Shown: piece after piece, positions 46,232 to 54,721 of the stretch
Position numbering within the stretch: position 1 is the stretch's first letter
Layout of the letters: each line of letters starts with the position of its first letter
Source of the DNA: an uncultured Actinomycetes bacterium
GTDB taxonomy: Bacteria > Actinomycetota > Thermoleophilia > UBA2241
Assembly: GCA_963755025.1 (NCBI GenBank)
Contig: CAVWIH010000034.1
Location: 1-64,000 of the forward strand
DNA length: 64,000 nt
Direction: 5' to 3'
Notes under the pieces: model-generated
Database searches by the model: none
Seen by the model: the letters and a program-made list of their open reading frames with translations, nothing else
Told to the model about the DNA's origin: nothing
Program-made: the position numbers and the translations under genes

Positions 46232-47428
46232 GTGATTCCCGAAGGCATGCGCGACGTGCTGCCCGCCGAGGCGGCGGAGCTGCGCGCGATCGAGCAGATC
46301 GTGCTGGGCCGCTTCAACGCCTACGGCTACGGCGAGGTGCGCCCTCCGGCGCTCGAATACCCCGAGACCATGGAGCGCGCCGGCGTCGACCAGGCCTCGT
46401 CGGGCTTTCACCTCTACGACGAGCGCGGCCGCGCTCTCGTGCTGCGCACCGACCTGAGCACGGCCGTCGCCCGTCTGGCCGCCGACCGGCTGAGCGAGCG
46501 GCCGCTGCCCCTGCGCCTGGCCTACGAGGGGCCGGTCTACCGCACCGAGGCGACTCACAACCGCCGCGAGGGCGAGTTCTCGCAGCTCGGCGCCGAGCTG
46601 CTCGGCCTGGGCGCCGCGGCCGCCGACGCCGAGGTCGTCGTGCTGCTGTGCGACGCGCTCAGCGCGACCGGCCTGCGCGGTTTTCGCCTGGCGATCGGCA
46701 GCGTGGCGTTCCACCGCGAGCTGGTCGCCGCGCTGGGCCTGACGCCCGACGACAGCGACGACGTCTTCGACGCGCTGGCCGCCCGCGACTACGCCCTGCT
46801 CGAGACGATCGTCTCGCGGCGCGGCGTGAGCGACGAAGGCCGCAAGACCCTGCAGCGGGCGCTCGACCTGTCTCCGGGCAAAGGTGCGCTCACCGCGGCC
46901 CGCAAGCTGTCGAGCAGCGAGGGCATGGAAGACGTCGTCGACCGGCTCGTGCGGGTCCAGGAGCTGGCCGACGACGCCGGCTACGGCGACCTTGTCGGCT
47001 TCGACTTCGGCCTCATGCCCGAGCTCGGCTACTACACGGGCATCGTCTTCGAGGCCTGGGCTCCTGGCGTCGACTTTCCGGTCGCCATGGGCGGCCGCTA
47101 CGATCGCCTGCTGGCCGCTTTCGACTGGCCCATCCCGGCCGCCGGCTTCACGATCGACCTCGACCGGCTGCACCAGGCCCTGGTCGACGAGGGGGCCGGC
47201 GTGGCGCCGCTGTTCCCGCCGGCGCTGTCGTACGTGGGTGGGCTCGACGACCCCAAACGCGTCGACGACCTGCGCCGCCACGGCATCGCCGTCGCCGCCC
47301 TGCCCGGCGACGCCTCGGCGCGCATGCCGCGGCTGAGCGAGGAGCGCGGCGAGTTCGTCTTGGAGATGCCCGACGGTACCGCGCGAGGCTCGTGGCGCGA
47401 CGTGCTGCGCGCCCTCGGAGCCGGGTGA
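46232..47428 (+). CDS. hisZ: ATP phosphoribosyltransferase regulatory subunit
   Basis: PEGMRDVLP, EFSQLGAELLG, YYTGIVFE and GGRYDRL; HisRS-like without an anticodon domain; directly upstream of hisG. Confidence 0.88.
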   Translation: MIPEGMRDVLPAEAAELRAIEQIVLGRFNAYGYGEVRPPALEYPETMERAGVDQASSGFHLYDERGRALVLRTDLSTAVARLAADRLSERPLPLRLAYEGPVYRTEATHNRREGEFSQLGAELLGLGAAAADAEVVVLLCDALSATGLRGFRLAIGSVAFHRELVAALGLTPDDSDDVFDALAARDYALLETIVSRRGVSDEGRKTLQRALDLSPGKGALTAARKLSSSEGMEDVVDRLVRVQELADDAGYGDLVGFDFGLMPELGYYTGIVFEAWAPGVDFPVAMGGRYDRLLAAFDWPIPAAGFTIDLDRLHQALVDEGAGVAPLFPPALSYVGGLDDPKRVDDLRRHGIAVAALPGDASARMPRLSEERGEFVLEMPDGTARGSWRDVLRALGAG

Positions 47429-47444
47429 GCCGGTGAATCGGTGA
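47425..47444 (+). other. Two chained 3-codon ORFs bridging hisZ and hisG
   Basis: GTGA at 47425, 47433 and 47441 (8-nt period): GTG AGC CGG TGA / GTG AAT CGG TGA / GTG of hisG. Confidence 0.55.
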
Positions 47445-48163
47445 CCCTGCGCATCGTGGTTCCCGACGGCGCGCTGCGCGCGCCGTCGCTCGAGCTCTTC
47501 GCCGCCGCCGGCTTTGGCGGCGACGGCCGCGCGGCCCCAGACGGTCGCCCGGCCGAAGAGGGCGGTGCCCCGGCCGGCAAGGGACATCCGGCCGACGAGG
47601 GCCATCCGGCCGGCGAGGGCCGCCCGGCCAACGATCTCGACGTGCGCCTCGCGGTGGTGGCCGCCGCCGACGTGCCGGCCTACCTTTCGAGCGGCGCCGC
47701 CCACGCCGGGCTCGTCGCCAAAGACGCGCTGCTCGAGCGCGCCACCCGGCTCTGCGAGCTGCTCGACTTGCGCTTCGGCGCCGGGCAGCTCGTCTACGCC
47801 GTCGCGCCCGGCGCCGAGGTGCGCGCCGAGCGGCTCGGGCGCCTGCGCATCGCCACTCGCCACCCGGCCCTCACGCGCTCGTACTTTCGCGCGCGCGGCC
47901 TGCAGGTGAGCATCGTGCCGGTCGACGGCACGCTCGACCGGGCCGTCACCGACGGCCTCGCCGACGGCGTCGTGACGCTCGTCGAGACGACCCCGACGGG
48001 CAGCGCGCCGGCGGGCGTCGCGGGGCTCACTGTCGAGGGCGTCGTGGCCGAGACCAGCATCCGCCTGGTCGCCGGGCGCGGCGCCCGCGTGTTGCACGGC
48101 GCCGAGCTGGGGGTGGTTGTAGCGGGCCTGCGCGACCTGCTCGCCGGCAGGAGCGCGTCGTGA
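47441..48163 (+). CDS. hisG: Short-form ATP phosphoribosyltransferase homolog with degenerate active site
   Basis: Fold motifs are recognisable (DVPAYLSSGAAHAGLVAKDALLE, LDLRFG, RIATRHP, GLADG). PKGR is PDGA, GSVE is GTLD and DIVETGxTL is TLVETTPTG. Confidence 0.8.
   Translation: MTLRIVVPDGALRAPSLELFAAAGFGGDGRAAPDGRPAEEGGAPAGKGHPADEGHPAGEGRPANDLDVRLAVVAAADVPAYLSSGAAHAGLVAKDALLERATRLCELLDLRFGAGQLVYAVAPGAEVRAERLGRLRIATRHPALTRSYFRARGLQVSIVPVDGTLDRAVTDGLADGVVTLVETTPTGSAPAGVAGLTVEGVVAETSIRLVAGRGARVLHGAELGVVVAGLRDLLAGRSAS
47540..47632 (+). repeat. In-frame ~18-bp minisatellite inside hisG (5 degenerate units)
   Basis: gacggtcgcccggccgaa / gagggcggtgccccggccggc / aagggacatccggccgac / gagggccatccggccggc / gagggccgcccggccaac. 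Confidence 0.75.
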
Positions 48164-48274
48164 ACCGGTCGACCGTCGCCGGCAGGACGGCGTCGTGAGA
48201 CGGCCGGCGCCGGACGGTGGGGGAGAGGCATGAGGCGACAAAAGCTCGGCTACGAGGGAGAGCCATGAGACGGC
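48141..48274 (+). repeat. Degenerate 35-bp tandem repeat forming three chained 12-codon ORFs between hisG and hisD
   Basis: RTGA at 48160, 48195, 48230 and 48265. ORFs VNRSTVAGRTAS*, VRRPAPDGGGEA* and MRRQKLGYEGEP*. Confidence 0.8.
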
Positions 48275-49527
48275 TGACGCTGGGCGACGATCCGGCCGCC
48301 GTGGTGGCCGCGCTGCGCGACCCGCCGGCGGTCGAGCTCGCCGTCGAGCGCGTCGTGCGGGCGATCCTCGCCGACGTGGCGGCGCGCGGCGACGACGCCG
48401 TGCGCGACCAGGCGGCCCGCCTCGACCGGATCGAGCTGCCCGAGCGCTACGGCCTCGAGCCGGCCGTGCTGCGCGCCGCCCTCGCCGCCGCCGACCCCGA
48501 GCTGCGCGCCGCGCTCGAGCTGGCCGCCGCCAACATCCGCGCCTACCACACCCGCGAAAAGCCGGCGTCCTGGCGCGAGACCCTGGCCCAGGGCCAGGTC
48601 GTGGGCCAGGAGATCGTGCCGCTCGAGGTCGCCGGTCTCTACGTGCCCGGCGGCCTGGCCAACTACCCGTCGTCTGTGCTCATGACCGCCATCCCCGCGC
48701 AGGTCGCCGGCGTGCGGCGCGTCGTCGTGTGCTCGCCGCCGCGGCCCGGCGGCGGCGTCGCCGCGGGCGTGGCCGCCGCCTGCGAGCTGCTCGGCGTCAC
48801 CGATCTGTACCCCATCGGCGGCGCTCAGGCGGTCGCCGCCATGGCCTTCGGCACGGCTGTCGTGCCGCGCTGCGACGTCATCGTCGGGCCGGGGAACGCC
48901 TACGTCACCGAAGCCAAGCGCCAGGTCATGGGGCGGGTTCGCATCGACGGCCTGGCCGGACCGAGCGAGGTGCTGATCGTGGCCGACGCGGCCGGGCGGG
49001 TCGACTGGATCGCCGCCGACCTGCTCGCCCAGGCCGAGCACGGCGCGGGCGCCATGGCGGCGCTGCTCGACGTGGGCGGCGCGCTCGGCGACCGCGTCGC
49101 CGACGCGGTCGCGCGGCTTGCCGCCGACCTCGGCCTCTCCACCGAGCGCATCGCGCTCGTCGAGTGCCGCGACACGGCGGCGGCGGTCGGGCTGGTGAAC
49201 GCCTTTGCGCCCGAGCACCTCGAGCTCCACGTGGGCGACGCCGCGGCCCTCGTGCCCCAGGTGCGCAGCGCCGGGGCGATCTTCGTGGGCCCGCGCTCGG
49301 CGACCGCGTTCGGCGACTACGCGGCCGGCACCAACCACGTGCTGCCGACCGGCGGCTCCGCGCGTTTTGGCCAGGGCCTGTCGGTGAGCGACTTCGTCAA
49401 GCGCGTCGGGGTCGTCGAGCTCGACGCCGCCGCGGCCGCGGCGCTCGCCGCGCCGGTGGCGGCCATCGCCGGCGAAGAGGGCCTGCACGCCCACGCCCGC
49501 TCGGCCGTCCTGCGGGGAGCGCCGTGA
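48265..49527 (+). CDS. hisD: Histidinol dehydrogenase
   Basis: GLYVPGG, GGAQAVAA, GPGNAYV, AGPSE, AQAEH, APEHL, GDYAAGTNHVLPT and EGLHAH are all intact. Confidence 0.95.
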   Translation: MRRLTLGDDPAAVVAALRDPPAVELAVERVVRAILADVAARGDDAVRDQAARLDRIELPERYGLEPAVLRAALAAADPELRAALELAAANIRAYHTREKPASWRETLAQGQVVGQEIVPLEVAGLYVPGGLANYPSSVLMTAIPAQVAGVRRVVVCSPPRPGGGVAAGVAAACELLGVTDLYPIGGAQAVAAMAFGTAVVPRCDVIVGPGNAYVTEAKRQVMGRVRIDGLAGPSEVLIVADAAGRVDWIAADLLAQAEHGAGAMAALLDVGGALGDRVADAVARLAADLGLSTERIALVECRDTAAAVGLVNAFAPEHLELHVGDAAALVPQVRSAGAIFVGPRSATAFGDYAAGTNHVLPTGGSARFGQGLSVSDFVKRVGVVELDAAAAAALAAPVAAIAGEEGLHAHARSAVLRGAP

Positions 49528-50102
49528 GCGGCGCACGCGGGCGCCGGGCGGTCGCCGGCGACACGAGCTGCGGCGACCGCATAGCGGTCACCCTCGAGCT
49601 CGACGGCCATGGCCGCGCCGACGTGGCGACCGGCGACGAGTTCCTCGACCACCTGCTGCAGCTGGTCGCGCGGCACGCCCGCTTCGACCTGGCCATCGCC
49701 ATCGGCGACGCGCGCGAGGCCTGCGGCGACCGCGTCGTCGAGAGCATCGCGGGGGCGCTCGGCCGCGCCCTGCGCGACGCCCTGGGCGCCGAGCAGGGCA
49801 TCCGCCGCTCGGGCTCGGCGACCATGCCGGTCGACGAAGCGCTCGCCCTGGTCGCCCTCGATCTCTCCGGCCGGCCCTACCTGGCCTACGACATCGACCT
49901 GGCCGGCGTGCGCATCGAGGCCTTCGACGCCGACCTCGCCGGCCGGTTCCTGCGCGCCCTGGCCGATGCCGGCGGCATCACCCTGCACATCAGGCTGCTG
50001 TCGGGCAGCGATCCGCAGAACATCGTCGACGCCGTCTTCGAGGGCCTCGGCGAGGCCCTGCGCACGGCCTGCGAGTCGCTCGAGGTGAAGGCACAGCCGT
50101 GA
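49524..50102 (+). CDS. hisB: Imidazoleglycerol-phosphate dehydratase homolog lacking both HHxxE metal-binding motifs
   Basis: LELDGHG, TGDEFLDHLL, MPVDEAL, DLSGRPY and GITLHI are retained. DxHHxxED is CGDRVVES, NxHHxxE is DPQNIVD, and there is no C-terminal PSTKG. Confidence 0.82.
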   Translation: MSGARGRRAVAGDTSCGDRIAVTLELDGHGRADVATGDEFLDHLLQLVARHARFDLAIAIGDAREACGDRVVESIAGALGRALRDALGAEQGIRRSGSATMPVDEALALVALDLSGRPYLAYDIDLAGVRIEAFDADLAGRFLRALADAGGITLHIRLLSGSDPQNIVDAVFEGLGEALRTACESLEVKAQP

Positions 50103-50776
50103 GCCGCGCCGTCGACCTCGGCGACCTCGGCCCCGTCGCCGCCGCGAGGCTGGCCGACGACGTCGCCGCGGCCACCCTCATCTGCTTTCCGACCGACACC
50201 GTCTACGGCATCGGCGGCCTCGCCACGGTTGCGACGGCAGCCGCCATCGCCCACGTCAAGGGTCGCCCCCCCGACAAGCCGCTGCAGCTCGTCTACCCGA
50301 CGCTCGAGCTGCTGCTCGGCTCGATCCCGCTGGCGCCGGCCGTCGCGGCCGCCGCGCGCCGCCTTCTGCCGGGCCCGTTCACGCTGGTCGTGCCCTACCC
50401 CGAGGGCCTGCGGTTCCCGCCGCCGGGCGTGCTCGAAGCCCCCGGCGGCGAGCCCCTGAAGACGCTCGGCGTGCGCGTGCCCGACTGGCCGCTCGCCGCC
50501 CGGGCGCTGGCCGCCCTGCCGTTCCCGCTGCTGGCCTCGTCGGCCAACCTGAGCGGGGGCGACGACCCCGCCGAGCTCGCGGCCGTCGAGCCGGCCGTGC
50601 GCGCGGCGTGCGACCTTCTCCTCGACGCGGGACCGACCAGTGGCGTATCGTCAACAGTGCTCGATCTCAGCGGCCTGCCGGCCGGCCGGGGTTTTCGCGT
50701 GCTGCGGGCCGGCGTCGTCGGCGCCGCCGAGATCACCAGCATCCTCGCAAGCCACGAAGATCGGCTGCGCCACTAG
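50099..50776 (+). CDS. tsaC: L-threonylcarbamoyladenylate synthase (YrdC/Sua5 domain)
   Basis: FPTDTVYG, KGRPPDKPL, LPGPFTL, GVRVP, SSANLSG and SSTVLD. Confidence 0.9.
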   Translation: MSRAVDLGDLGPVAAARLADDVAAATLICFPTDTVYGIGGLATVATAAAIAHVKGRPPDKPLQLVYPTLELLLGSIPLAPAVAAAARRLLPGPFTLVVPYPEGLRFPPPGVLEAPGGEPLKTLGVRVPDWPLAARALAALPFPLLASSANLSGGDDPAELAAVEPAVRAACDLLLDAGPTSGVSSTVLDLSGLPAGRGFRVLRAGVVGAAEITSILASHEDRLRH

Positions 50777-50797
50777 CCAGGAAGGACCGGCTGCACT

Positions 50798-51685
50798 GTG
50801 AAGAGCCTGCGCATGATCCAGGTCGACGTCTTCAGCGAGCGGCCGCTCGCCGGCAATCCGCTGGCCGTCTTTCTCGACGCCGAGGGGTTGAGCGATCAGC
50901 AGATGCAGCAGATCGCGACCGAGATGAACCTCTCCGAGACGACGTTCGTCACTGCGCCCCAGGCAGGCGGCGACGCCCGCGTGCGCATCTTCACGCCCGC
51001 CGTCGAGCTGCCCTTCGCCGGCCACCCCAGCATCGGCACGGCCTGCACGCTGGTCTCCGAGGGCCGCGTCGCCCCGCAGGACCCGGTCACCGAGGTCACC
51101 CTCGAGCTGAACGTCGGGCCCACCGTGGTCGACGTCACCGTGCGCGGCGGCAAGGCCGTGGCCGGTGTCGTGCACCAGGGCGCCCCCGCGTTCGGCGAGG
51201 AGATCCCCCGCGACCAGGCGGCGGCGGTGCTGGGCCTGCAGGTCAGCGACTTAGACGAGGAGCTCGCGCCGCGCGTGGTCTCGACCGGCCTGAGCTACGC
51301 CATCATCCCGCTGCGCAACACGCGCACGCTGGCGAGCGCCTGGTTCAACTACGACCTGCTGGCCGACTTCGAACGCCGCTTCGCCGAGCTCTACCCGTTC
51401 GCCCTCACCGGCGACGAGGAACCCTTCGCCGAGGCGCGCTGCTTCGCGCCGCTGGCCGGCATCGTCGAAGACCCGGCGACCGGTAGCGCCGCCGGGCCGC
51501 TGGCCGCCTACCTGGCCCGCGAGGGCCTGCTCGGACCCGGTGTGGCGAGGGTGCTGGCCCAGGGCCAGCACGTGCGCCGCCCCAGCCGCCTCACGCTGTC
51601 GGTGACCACCGAGGGCGTACGCATCGTCGACGTGCTGGTCGGCGGGGGGGTCGTGCCCGTCATGACCGCCGAGCTTTCTCTCTGA
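50798..51685 (+). CDS. PhzF-family isomerase/epimerase
   Basis: [40 protein letters not shown] and EDPATGSA. Confidence 0.92.
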   Translation: MKSLRMIQVDVFSERPLAGNPLAVFLDAEGLSDQQMQQIATEMNLSETTFVTAPQAGGDARVRIFTPAVELPFAGHPSIGTACTLVSEGRVAPQDPVTEVTLELNVGPTVVDVTVRGGKAVAGVVHQGAPAFGEEIPRDQAAAVLGLQVSDLDEELAPRVVSTGLSYAIIPLRNTRTLASAWFNYDLLADFERRFAELYPFALTGDEEPFAEARCFAPLAGIVEDPATGSAAGPLAAYLAREGLLGPGVARVLAQGQHVRRPSRLTLSVTTEGVRIVDVLVGGGVVPVMTAELSL

Positions 51686-51740
51686 GCCACGGGCTCTTTG
51701 GTAGAATCCTTCTGGGTACGAACGCGACCGAAAGGGAGTC

Positions 51741-52196
51741 ATGGCTTGTAAGATCGCCGCCGGCGCCGACCACGCCGGGTATGCCTTGAAAGACCAGCTC
51801 GTGGCGCGCCTGCGCGCGGCCGGTCACGAGGTCACCGACCTCGGTACGGCGACGGCCGACTCCGTCGACTATCCCACCTTTGCCCACGCCGTCGCCGCCC
51901 AGGTCGCCGCCGGCGAGGCCGACCGCGGTCTGCTCGTGTGCGGCAGCGGCATCGGCATGTGCATCGCGGCCAATCGTCACCCCGGCGTGCGCGCCGCCGA
52001 CTGCCTCACGGTCGAGATGGCCGAGCTCTCGCGGCGCCACAACGACGCCAACGTGCTCTGCCTGGGCGCCCGCCTGCTGTCGTCCGACGAAGCCTGGGCC
52101 GTGACCGAGGCCTGGCTTGCGACCGCCTTCGAGGGCGGCCGTCACGAGCACCGCGTCGCCGAGATCGAACACGTTGCCGCGCAGGCCAAGAGCTGA
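51741..52196 (+). CDS. rpiB: Ribose-5-phosphate isomerase B
   Basis: [29 protein letters not shown] and FEGGRH. Confidence 0.95.
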   Translation: MACKIAAGADHAGYALKDQLVARLRAAGHEVTDLGTATADSVDYPTFAHAVAAQVAAGEADRGLLVCGSGIGMCIAANRHPGVRAADCLTVEMAELSRRHNDANVLCLGARLLSSDEAWAVTEAWLATAFEGGRHEHRVAEIEHVAAQAKS

Positions 52197-52225
52197 CCGG
52201 CTCGCGCTGGTGCGCGCCGGGCGTC

Positions 52226-52708
52226 ATGACTGAGCTCCCCGGCGCCGGCGCGCCGCCGGCGCAGCGGCCGAGCTGGGACCTCTACTTTCTGCAGCTCGCC
52301 CGCCAGGCGGCCACGCGCTCGACCTGCCTGCGCCGTCAGGTCGGCGCCGTGCTGGTGCGCGACCGGCGCATCCTGGCCACCGGGTACAACGGCTCGCCGC
52401 GCGGCGTGGCGCACTGCCTCGACATCGGCTGCCTGCGCGACCAGCTCGGCATTCCCTCGGGCGAACGCCAGGAGCTCTGCCGCGCCATCCACGCCGAGCA
52501 GAACGCCATCATCCAGGCGGCCGTGCACGGCGTGGCCATCGAGGGCGCCACCTGCTACACCACGCTGCAGCCCTGCGTGCTGTGCGCCAAGATGCTCATC
52601 AACTGCGGCGTGCGCGAGATCCACTACGCCGAGGGGTACCCCGACGAGCTGTCGCGCGAGATGTTCGCCGAAGCCGGCGTCGTCGTGGTCAAGGAGGAGC
52701 TTCCATAA
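52226..52708 (+). CDS. dCMP deaminase (ComEB-like)
   Basis: [31 protein letters not shown] and PCVLC zinc motifs. Confidence 0.92.
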   Translation: MTELPGAGAPPAQRPSWDLYFLQLARQAATRSTCLRRQVGAVLVRDRRILATGYNGSPRGVAHCLDIGCLRDQLGIPSGERQELCRAIHAEQNAIIQAAVHGVAIEGATCYTTLQPCVLCAKMLINCGVREIHYAEGYPDELSREMFAEAGVVVVKEELP

Positions 52709-53913
52709 GCGACCTGCTGGAACTGCCCGGCGCGGTCCAGCTCGCCATACTCGGGTTCATCCTCGCGGCGAGCATCGTCATTCTCGCCACGCCCGCCATG
52801 GCCCGGCTGGCGCGCCGCACGGGGATCGTCGACCGTCCGAGCGACGCGCGCCGCATGCACGCTCGGGTCACGCCGCTGCTCGGCGGCCTCGCCATCTACC
52901 TGGGCGTGATGATCCCGACCCTGGTGCTCGTCAAGCACGACCCGGCGACCAAAGCCATCCTGATCGGCGGCACGATCGTCGCCGCCGTGGGCGTGATCGA
53001 CGACTTCGCCGAGATCAAGCCGCTGCTCAAGTTCGCCGGCCAGATCGCCGCTATCGTCGCCCTGCTGCTCTGCGGGCTGCGCATCGACCACCTCTCGGTG
53101 CCGCTCACCAGCATCACCGTCACCCTGCAGCCCATCATCTCGATACCGCTCACCGTGCTCTGGGTGGCGACCATCATCAACATGGTCAACTTCATCGACG
53201 GCCTCGACGGCCTGGCGGCCGGCGTGTGCGCCATCTCGGCGCTGACCTTCGCCGTCATCGCCCTGTCGCTCGACCGCGGCACCACCGGGGTGGCGGCCGC
53301 CATCTTGGCAGGGGCCGCCTTCGCCTTTTTGCGCTTCAACTTCTACCCGGCGAGCATCTTCATGGGCGACGCCGGAGCCATGCTGCTGGGCTACGTGCTC
53401 GCCGTGATCAGTATCCAGGGCGTGCTCAAGGGCGCCGCGACCGTCGCCCTGATCTTTCCGTTGCTCGTGCTGGGCGTGCCCTTCGCCGACCTCTTCCTGG
53501 TCGTCATCAGGCGCCTGCGCAAGGGGGTGCCCATCTACTCGCCGGGTCGCGACCACGTGCACCACGACCTCGTGCTCGTGGCCGGCTTCTCGCAACGCAC
53601 GTCGGTGCTCGTGCTCTACGGCTGGTGCCTGGTGCTGAACGGGCTGGCGCTGGCCATGCGCTTCCGCGCCACGGTGGCGATCGTCGTGCTGGGCATCGCA
53701 TCGCTGGCGGCGACCGCCTCGATGGCGCGCCTGCTGCTGCGCTACCGCGCGAGCGACGCGCCAGGCGGCGAAGGAGGCAGGCCCGCCTCCGGACGAGGCG
53801 GGCCGACGCGCGGGGGCGCTGTCGGCACCCTCGAGCTCCCCGCCGGGCGGCGGCCTTCTCACCGGCGCGGCAACCGCCACGCGCGCCGTTCCGGCGGCGC
53901 GAGCGGCCGTTAG
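52705..53913 (+). CDS. MraY-family GlcNAc-1-phosphate transferase (TagO/WecA-like); probable ATA start
   Basis: [40 protein letters not shown] and DHVHH. AAGGAGG lies 7 nt upstream of an in-frame ATA that overlaps the previous TAA. Confidence 0.88.
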   Translation: MSDLLELPGAVQLAILGFILAASIVILATPAMARLARRTGIVDRPSDARRMHARVTPLLGGLAIYLGVMIPTLVLVKHDPATKAILIGGTIVAAVGVIDDFAEIKPLLKFAGQIAAIVALLLCGLRIDHLSVPLTSITVTLQPIISIPLTVLWVATIINMVNFIDGLDGLAAGVCAISALTFAVIALSLDRGTTGVAAAILAGAAFAFLRFNFYPASIFMGDAGAMLLGYVLAVISIQGVLKGAATVALIFPLLVLGVPFADLFLVVIRRLRKGVPIYSPGRDHVHHDLVLVAGFSQRTSVLVLYGWCLVLNGLALAMRFRATVAIVVLGIASLAATASMARLLLRYRASDAPGGEGGRPASGRGGPTRGGAVGTLELPAGRRPSHRRGNRHARRSGGASGR

Positions 53914-54036
53914 AGTGGAGACCGTGCCCGCCCCGCGGCAGTCGACTGATTCCATCAACTTCCGCAGCGGCGGCGCGGCGGGCCGCGCCACGGGTGTGTG
54001 AGGCCGGTTGTCGGGGTAGGAAGGGGCCGATATACT

Positions 54037-54258
54037 ATGGCGCGCCAGACGGGTGATCATGGCCAAAATGGCCACAAGAGGGGTGACCTTACGTCGGCCC
54101 AATCGATCGCCTTCACGGTGTTGGCCGGTATCGTAGTGGGAATGCTGGTCGGCTACGGCCTCGACCGCCTGCTACACACGTCGCCGGCGTTCCTCGTGGT
54201 AGGGGTCTTTGCCGGCTTCGGCGCCGCCCTTTACGCCGTGTTTCTCAAGACGAAGTGA
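54037..54258 (+). CDS. atpZ: AtpZ/AtpI-family small membrane protein (start uncertain)
   Basis: GMLVGYGLDRLLHTSPAFLVVGVFAGFGAALY; first gene of the atp operon. Confidence 0.75.
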   Translation: MARQTGDHGQNGHKRGDLTSAQSIAFTVLAGIVVGMLVGYGLDRLLHTSPAFLVVGVFAGFGAALYAVFLKTK

Positions 54259-54299
54259 AGGAGCAGTCACCTGACGATCGTCAGGTCATTCGAGTATGA
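54255..54299 (+). other. 14-codon bridging ORF (VKEQSPDDRQVIRV*) containing a perfect 18-bp palindrome
   Basis: GTGA overlap with the atpZ stop and ATGA overlap with the atpI start; acctgacgatcgtcaggt at 54269-54286. Confidence 0.5.
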
Positions 54300-54721
54300 A
54301 CACGAACCCGATCGCCCTACTGCGTCGTGAACCCGTCCCCGCCTTGCTGCTCGCGCTCTCCTTGGGCTGCGCCGGCGTGGCGGCCGCCGCGGGGCGCGAC
54401 GTCGTCACGGCGCTCATCGGGGCGCTGCTCGTGGTCGTCTACTGGGCGGTCGAGCGCCTTGCGGCGCGCATCGGCGCGCACGGCACTATCCAGCTGGCCA
54501 TGGTGATCGGCGTCGTCGGCATGGTCGTGCGCCTCACGATCGTCGTTGGCGGCCTCGTGATCATCGGCCTCGTCGATCGCCCGGGCTTCCTCGATGCCAT
54601 CGTGTCGTTCGTGGTCGTGTACACCGTCTACCTGGGTGTGCGCCTCTGGCGCTTCCCCGTCCCGCACGCCGACGCATCCGCCGGCCGATTGCTCACCCAT
54701 CGTCACAGGAGCGCCCGATGA
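54296..54721 (+). CDS. atpI: ATP synthase protein I-like membrane protein
   Basis: Four TM helices, located before atpB with an ATGA overlap. Confidence 0.7.
   Translation: MNTNPIALLRREPVPALLLALSLGCAGVAAAAGRDVVTALIGALLVVVYWAVERLAARIGAHGTIQLAMVIGVVGMVVRLTIVVGGLVIIGLVDRPGFLDAIVSFVVVYTVYLGVRLWRFPVPHADASAGRLLTHRHRSAR

Noticed and set aside
48141-48274. 35-nt periodicity as a mini-CRISPR or his attenuator
   Set aside because: There is no conserved repeat/unique spacer alternation and no His codons or terminator. The units derive from the gene junction.
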